Shown: positions 56,325 to 64,000 of the stretch, one piece after another
How positions within the stretch are numbered: the stretch's first letter is position 1
Layout: each line of letters opens with the position of its first letter
Assembly: GCA_951406725.2 (NCBI GenBank)
Contig: OX597833.1
Coordinates: 1,860,001 to 1,924,000, forward strand
DNA from: Octopus vulgaris
Lineage: Eukaryota
Direction of reading: 5' to 3'
DNA length: 64,000 bases
Notes under the pieces: generated by a model
What the model saw: only the letters and a program-made list of their open reading frames with translations
Told to the model about the DNA's origin: nothing
Databases searched by the model: none
Made by a program: the position numbers and the translations under genes

Positions 56325-56685
56325 CGGGTGCATAAGCGTAGGGGTGGTTGTATAGAAAGATGCTTGCTTCAAAACCGCGTGATTCCGGGTCAGTCCCACT
56401 GCAAGGCGACTTGCGAGGCTGTCTTCTATTATAGCCTCGTGCTGACCAAAGCCTCGTGAATAGATTTGGTAAACGGAAACTGAAAGAAGCCCGTCGAATA
56501 TGTATATATATATATTTGTGCGTTGTGTTTGTCCCTCCACCATTACTTGACAACCGATGCTGGTGTGTTTACGGCCCCGTAACATTAACGGTTCGGTAAG
56601 AGAGACCAATAGAGTAAGTACTGGGCTGATAAAGAATAAGTCCTTGGGTCACTTTGTTTGACTAATGTCTGGTCCCAGCATGGCA
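56325..56685 (+). mobile_element. SINE family B (old)
   Basis: Similarity to family B. Confidence 0.8.
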
Positions 56686-57388
56686 TCACAAAACATAGCA
56701 ATTGCTGTAGACCGTATATGTGTACTGACATCGCTCCTTTACTCATGAGAGACATGGACCCTTTACAAACAACATGTAAAGGTCCTTGAAAGCTTTCATC
56801 AGAGATGTCTGAGACACATTCTGAATGCTGGCTGGACCAGAAAACCTCCAGATACACAGGTCCCGAGGAAAGTTGACATTTTGAGTATTGAGGCGATGGT
56901 GCACAGCTTTAAGTTGGACTTATTAGAATTAAGGAATTATTGGACGTTATTAGAATTAAGTATAGCAGGATCCCTAAACATGCTATATGGGGACTTGTTA
57001 GTGGAAAGTGATCCCGGCAGGAACCAAGACTGCGATTTAAGGACTGTGTCAAGTCCTCATTAAAGGCAGGAAACTGACTGGGAGAGCAATGCCTGTCATT
57101 GCTACAGATGGAAGAAGCAGATTAAGGAGGAGATTGACACCTTTGACAGAGCATGTATGCTTCATGAAGAATTTAAGCATGCTGCTCGAAAGCGCACTAC
57201 TAATGAAGTGAATGGGTAAAGCTTGGTTTACTATGTTTGCAGTCGTGTATGCTTGTCAAGAGCAGGGCTCTTTCGCCATCAACGGAGCCGCAAATGCAAA
57301 ATATAAGTTAGTCCTAGAGCGCCCAATGTTCCTGAAGGTCAGCAATAGTCTTTCTAGGTCACGAGTGGACGGCCATCATCATCATCAT
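56686..57388 (+). mobile_element. RTE-clade LINE 3' fragment, decayed relative of 18493-18937
   Basis: 56950-57380 aligns with 18495-18937; (CAT)n tail. Confidence 0.88.
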
Positions 57389-57397
57389 ATATATACA

Positions 57398-57430
<33 letters not shown>

Positions 57431-57721
57431 TACCGTGGTCACCGTGGCTGACAAGGCTGTCAGATGTTGCTACACATCGCTGGTCACAATGCGCTTCGCA
57501 TTGTTTTAGCCTTCAAAAGACGCAACCCCGCTGGCTAAGCGAGCAGGCCAACAGAAGAAATAATAGGAGAAAGAATGGTGAAAAAGTACAGCAGGGATCA
57601 CCACCCCCAGCCGGAGAGTCGTGGAGCTTTTAGGTGTTTTCGCTCAATAAACACTCACAACGACCTGTCTGGGAATCGAAATCGCGTGTCCGCTGCCCTA
57701 ACCACTGGGTCATTGCGCCTC

Positions 57722-57722
<1 letters not shown>
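57431..57722 (-). mobile_element. SINE family D (family C head, different 3' half)
   Basis: Reverse-complement head ggaggcgcaatgacccagtggttagggcagcgg; tail ...gaccagcgatgtgtagcaacatctga...cacggtga. Confidence 0.88.
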
Positions 57723-57760
<38 letters not shown>

Positions 57761-58534
57761 GAGTTTGAAAAAAGGTTTTGGTATTATTTATTCCCCATTA
57801 CGCATGTTTCGTTTGATAATATGAAATACAATATTATTCATATCGGACTTAACAGGATGCGATCTCACAAACTCCACACACGTTAACCTCCGTAACCAAG
57901 CGATCTTATTTCATAACTATATATTATCTATTTTGCTCTCTAGACACAGCCCAACTTATATGATATCTTTTAACATATTAATCACTTATTTGTATATCGC
58001 ACATTAACGTGCGTATATATCCTTAAGCTATCAAATAATCATATATGTATTTACTTTGCTGTTCTGTATTCGTGATAAATGTTAATTCATAAGAATTTTA
58101 CCAAGTGTATAATTTTGTCTGTTTTGTACGATAGGAACACGTGATATCTTATGTATGTATTCTTCAAATAATATCATACAAGACGGCTAAACATATGATC
58201 TAACTCATTTCTAAATCCCAATATAATATCCCATCTATTTATCGTTACCTTATACGATATCACCTGTGTCATTATATATCTATATTCTTCAAAATGATAT
58301 CTTGTAACAAAGTATCAAATACGAATCCATTTTTCTATATTCCCAATATGATACACTATCGCATAAAGATAACATTTTATCAGACTTGCACTTGTCTGCT
58401 AGTTGGTTTAATGTGAGACTGTGTATTGAAGTGAAGCAATTACACCGAGGAAGACTCAATTTAACATACAGATATTGATAAATTTAGTTTCTGTGTACTT
58501 TGGACGGACACGAGGTTTTGTTCTATGTTGTTCT

Positions 58535-58885
58535 ATCCATTATTATATATCAGTTTTCTTCCAATTTCCACATTCTGAGATCAGATACCGTCGGAGTCGT
58601 TTTTGCCTTTCTGCCATTCGTGGTCGACAAAATAGGTACCATTTGAGCACTGGAGACTATATATATTTCTTTACTGCCCACAAAGGGCTAAACGTAGGGG
58701 AGACAAACAAGGACAGACTACGGTGCGAAACTGGTACTTTATTTATCGACTCCGAAAGGATGAAAAGCAAAGTCGACCTCGGCGGAATTTGAACTCAGAA
58801 CGTAACGGCAGACGAAACTGGAGATTTTATAATCGAATTAACCCCCTACTCCGAAATTGTCGTCCTTGTGCTAAAATTTGAAATG
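58535..58885. mobile_element. Old plus-strand family A SINE interrupted by a minus-strand family A copy (58665-58818)
   Basis: actggaga duplicated at ~58649 and ~58817. Confidence 0.7.
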
Positions 58886-58894
58886 AATCTTATA

Positions 58895-59351
58895 CAGGGT
58901 GTTCAAAACGTCTCTCCGCAGTAAGTATTTTTATTGCAAAATAAATATTTATATTTACAAGACTACAAAAGAATAGATTAGACTTTAGAAGACTTTAAAA
59001 AAATGTTATAAGAGGTAAGAGAGTATTGTAGTTCGCTTGAAGCATTGTGTATTGTTTGGAAAGAATAAAAATCGGTTTTCCAACCGATTATAGCAGCGAC
59101 TCCATCTAAGAATATCTGAAGAAGGAATTTTATGATCAGACAATGGATGACTAAATTACAACAGGTATATATCTCATTGCTTGTATTATAGTACATTGTT
59201 GTAACATTCGAAACATTTCATTCTTTATTTATAAGAGGTATTGAAAGTTCGTCCTCCATTTTCAATACATAAAATTTAATTTCTTTTTTACAGCCATGTG
59301 AGAAATTCCAAGGCATTTCTTTCACTACGGTGAGACATTTTGAACTCCCTG
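58895..59351 (-). mobile_element. Non-autonomous Tc1/mariner element with both TIRs and TA TSD
   Basis: TA|CAGGGTGTTCAAAACGTCTCTCCGCAGT ... ACTACGGTGAGACATTTTGAACTCCCTG|TA; residual CIENGGRTFQYLL C-terminus. Confidence 0.85.
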
Positions 59352-59374
59352 TATATCAGTTTTCTTCTTTCTTT

Positions 59375-59527
59375 CTTTACGTTCTGATCTCAAATACCGT
59401 TGGTATCGACTTTACCTTTCGTCCTTTAAGGGTCGATAAAATAAGTGCCAGTTGAGAACTAGTGTCGATGTAAACGATTTAGCAACTCCCAAGAAACTGC
59501 TGGCCTTGTGTCAAATCTTCAAACCAA
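59375..59527 (+). mobile_element. SINE family A (old, third tail type)
   Basis: Family A body plus gctggccttgtgtcaaatcttcaaacc. Confidence 0.7.
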
Positions 59528-60085
59528 TATTAAATATCATTTCCCATTTCCTGAAATAATAGATCATTTAACGTACCAACATGGCTTCGTACTCCTGTGG
59601 TTTCAAGTTCGATTCACACTGCCTGCGCTCTTCTAATATAGTCCTCAGCCATTCATTGTTAGGTGACTGAATTCTGTACAAAGGAACTGTGTGGAAGCAG
59701 TTCGTATGTATCTAATATGTATGTATTCGTTCTTGTGTGTGCCCCCTCTAAATACCACCGCTTGACAACAAATGTTAATTTGTTTACACCCCGTGACATA
59801 GCGGTTCATCCAAGGTTGTCGATATAATGAGGTGTGAACCGCAAACAATTAACAACGACCTGCACACACAAACGATGTACTGTAACAGCCGTAGCCTGTG
59901 AAAATCGATATAGTGAATATTTCCTGTAGCCCAATGATTGAATAAAATACAATGTGGAAACAGACTGGCAAGAATTTGAACTCAGTCAGTAGTCGACGAT
60001 ATTAATTACTCAGCATATTACCATCTGTACCACTCTTAGACATTTGAAACTAATATAACAAAAGTTTTACAGTAAAAATAATAAT

Positions 60086-60575
60086 AAACAATTGCAGCGT
60101 GGAAGGTGTTTGTAAGCCATTTAAGAAACACACAAAAGTCGTTCGATTCACTTCAAAATTTAAGTTTAATTTGTCAAAATATTTTCGTCGCTTTAAGATC
60201 TATTTCTTTATTACCCACAAGGGGCTAAACATAGAGGGGACAAACAAGGACAGACATAGGTATTAAGTCGATTACATCGACCCCAGTGCGTAACTGGTAC
60301 TTAATTTATCGATCCCGAAAGGATGAAAGGCAAAGTCGCCCTCAGCGGAATTTGAACTCACAACTTAACGGCAGACGAAATACTGTAAAGCATTTCGCCC
60401 GGCGTGCTAACCCTTCTGCCAGTTCGCCGCCTTTAAGACCGCGACCTGTTCGCTAACAAAAATCCGAGCTGAAGTGAATCGAACGGCTTTTGTGTGTTTC
60501 TTAAATGGCTTATAAACACCTTCCACGCTGCAATTGTTTTCGTTTCAGCACACGATCTCAGTACATCTCCGTAAT
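60086..60575. mobile_element. Inverted-repeat (MITE-like) element, ~70-bp arms, interrupted by SINE A
   Basis: 60086-60154 is the reverse complement of 60470-60539. Confidence 0.8.
60200..60432 (-). mobile_element. SINE family A, full length
   Basis: Reverse complement matches 30519-30757; ctttaaga flanks both ends. Confidence 0.93.
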
Positions 60576-61242
60576 AATAATAAAGCATTTCTACTATAGA
60601 CTACAGGCCCATTGATTTGATGGGAGGGTCTAGTCGATTATATCGCCCCCAGTGTAGAACCTGTAGTTATTGCATAGATCCCTAAAAGATCATACGCGGA
60701 GCCAACCTCGGTTGAGGTTGAACCCAGAACGTAAAGACAAGTTTTGATAATGAAGGCTTCACATTTTAACACAAGGCCAATTTCAGGAAGCGGTGGTTAT
60801 GCAGTTGCATATTTCATAACTTAAGTTTGCATGCTTTCGGAATCACTGAAGATTAAACAAACTATGAAATGATACGTTTGGAAGGATTAGTAAAAATCGT
60901 TGATCAGTTTTCAATAGTTGTTGCGTTCGTGCGATATGCTGCAGGAAGACAAGCAATTCTAGAAATGCTTCCCTTAGCGCAGCAACACCAAATCAGCTTA
61001 ATACTAACATTACTGCAACATTTCATGTGAATCTGAAGATATTTCACACGGTTTTCGATGGACTTAATATTCGTATCACGATGATTCCACATGTCCATAC
61101 GACTTGGGTGTAATTCAATTACAAGTATATTCGCTATTCGCGTAGTTACGTTTCAAACAACATGCACGGAGATCATGTTTTATAATAATATTGTCAAAAA
61201 TAATTTATGTATTACTGCTTGCACACACACACACACACACAC

Positions 61243-61284
<42 letters not shown>

Positions 61285-61338
61285 TTACACATACATAAAT
61301 ACATACAAAGTTCCGGCAAGTTTATATATTACGTGTGA

Positions 61339-61377
<39 letters not shown>

Positions 61378-61534
61378 TACATGCATATAAAAATACAAGA
61401 ATACGAATTTATGTATGTATATGTGTGAGAATACATACATAGGCATACATTTAAATGCACATGTAAGTATATAAACACATATAGAAATAGATATGTATAT
61501 GAATATATATGTACTCACGCATATATATCTAGCT

Positions 61535-61613
<79 letters not shown>

Positions 61614-61635
61614 TATGAAATTATTCTACTCATGC

Positions 61636-61688
<53 letters not shown>

Positions 61689-61964
61689 TTATATACGCTT
61701 ATTCCACTATAAATATACGCACAGGCAGAGATATAGAAAGGTATTGAAATATGTGTACGTATGTAAACACATTTATACGTATGTGTGCATGTGCGTGTGT
61801 TTGTGTGTGTGAATATTTGCATATCAGGTGAGATATTGAATTAGTAAAAACGGATTTTTTTTCTTCCCAAATATAAATTTATACACATGCACACACACCC
61901 ACAACCACAACCACAGAAACGTGCCCCCCCCCACATATATATTTATACACAAATAGATATATAC

Positions 61965-62201
<237 letters not shown>

Positions 62202-62464
62202 TACATACAGGCATATATGTTTGTATATACATGGAGATATATATGCATACATGATATGCTCCACCGTGTTTAGTTTATATACTCTACGCACCATCTGTGT
62301 ACATTTCGTTACATGTGTTTATAGAAGACGTGCCTATATTTACATTCTAAAACAGCAGGTTTCCCCCCAGCTACGTAAAATAATTTTCCTGTCGAAGCTT
62401 CCTACTTCGAAGCAGGTTTTAGATGGTTTTTACACTCGATTTTTAATAGAGTGACAACAATATG

Positions 62465-62524
<60 letters not shown>

Positions 62525-62650
62525 AGCATGTTTGTATATATGTATGGATGTATGTATATATGCATGAATGTATATATATATATATGTATATATATATACA
62601 CATATATACATATATACATATATATACCTATATATATGTATATATATATA

Positions 62651-62720
<70 letters not shown>

Positions 62721-62806
62721 GGACAATATATATATATATATATATAAAAATATATGTATATATATATATATTATATATGTATACGTATATATTATATATA
62801 TGAATA

Positions 62807-62862
<56 letters not shown>

Positions 62863-63068
62863 CACACCACACACACATATTAGTATATAAATATATATAT
62901 ATATACCTATATATAGGCTAGTAGAAAGTACCTAATATCTACGAAGGAAACAAAAGACGAAGACAGGTATATAATATATTATTATATATAAAATACATAC
63001 ATAACATATTACATATATATATATATATTATATATATGTATTATAAAAAATATAAAAAAAATAAGATA

Positions 63069-63294
63069 AAGGCGGCGAGCTGGCAGAATTGTTAGGACGC
63101 CAGGCGAAATGCTTATCGGTATTTCGTCTGCTGCTACGTTCTGAGTTCAAATTCCGCCGAGGTCGACTTTGCCTTTCATCATTTCAGGGTCGATTAAATA
63201 AGTACCAGTTACGTACTGGGGTCGATATAATCGACTTAATCTGTCTGTCATTGTTTGTCCTCTCTGTGTTTAGCCCCTTGTGGGTAGTAAAGAA

Positions 63295-63295
<1 letters not shown>
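63069..63295 (+). mobile_element. SINE family A, full length
   Basis: Matches 30519-30757. Confidence 0.93.
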
Positions 63296-63360
<65 letters not shown>

Positions 63361-63479
63361 TATGAATATGCCGTAAGCCACGCACACTTCGAAGTCATTT
63401 GAAGAGATATGAACCTGAGTCTGAACGATTGGAAATAATGTCACCGGATGTTTAGCACGGAGGCTATATACCTGATTGT

Positions 63480-63858
63480 GGAGGCGCAATGGCCCAGTGA
63501 TTAGGGCAGCGGACTCGCGGTCATAGGATCGCGGTTTCGATTCCCAGACCGGGCGTTGTGAGTGTTTATTGAGCGAAAACACCTAAAAGCTCCACGAGGC
63601 TCCGGCAGGGGATGGTGGTGAACCCTGCTGTACTCTTTCACCACAACTTTCTCTCACTCTTACTTCCTGTTTCTGTTGTACCTGTATTTCAAGGGGCCGG
63701 CTTTGTCACTCTCTGTGTCACGCTGAATATCCCCGAGAACTACGTTAAGGGTACACGTGTCTGTGGAGTGCTCAGCCACTTACACGTTAATTTCACGGGC
63801 AGGCTGTTCCGTTGATTCGGATCAACCGGAACCCTCGTCGTCGTAACCGACGGAGTGC
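63480..63858 (+). mobile_element. SINE family C, full length
   Basis: tRNA-Arg-like head (GACTCGCGG loop, GGTTTCGATTCCC B-box) and complete body. Confidence 0.93.
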
Positions 63859-64000
63859 TTCCATCCATATACACAGATGGAAGCTTGTTGGTTTTATACA
63901 CACATACACATTGAGACATGCATGCTCACGCAGATATACACCGTCACACAGAGACGTATACACACCAACAAAGAAATTAGAAGCCTGTGTACACCTATAT

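Noticed and set aside
60904-61100. MULE-transposase-like WNHxDT trace (similar weak trace at ~31230-31290)
   Set aside because: Only a few residues match; cannot be supported without a search
63480-63552. tRNA-Arg gene (also 5550 and 57650)
   Set aside because: The tRNA-like segment continues into a shared SINE body with no terminator, so it is a SINE head

Overview
AT-rich eukaryotic non-coding DNA, saturated with microsatellites. The repeat content ((TA)n, (TATG)n, (GATA)n, tRNA-derived SINEs, RTE/CR1/Tx1 LINE ends, Tc1/mariner relics) points to an octopus genome; this is my inference from repeat style. I find no host protein-coding exon: almost all listed ORFs are microsatellite artefacts or transposon fragments. 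Supported features are one 5S rRNA copy, about 30 SINE copies in 5 families, about 10 truncated LINEs, several DNA-transposon relics and one non-autonomous Helitron. The most striking signal is a dense set of about 12 type I hammerhead ribozyme (HHR) motifs from several unrelated short elements. They sit mostly in or beside (TA)n tracts, are often arranged as fold-back palindromes, and show recurrent non-canonical cores (CUGUNGA, CCGANGA) and covarying stems. This looks like a Penelope-like/retrozyme-like HHR system. Other highlights: a 22-bp minisatellite born at a LINE 5' junction, a SINE/CR1 shared 3' tail, and a (GATA)n-embedded Tx1-like element. Family names come from motif recognition, not database searches; coordinates of degenerate copies are approximate.
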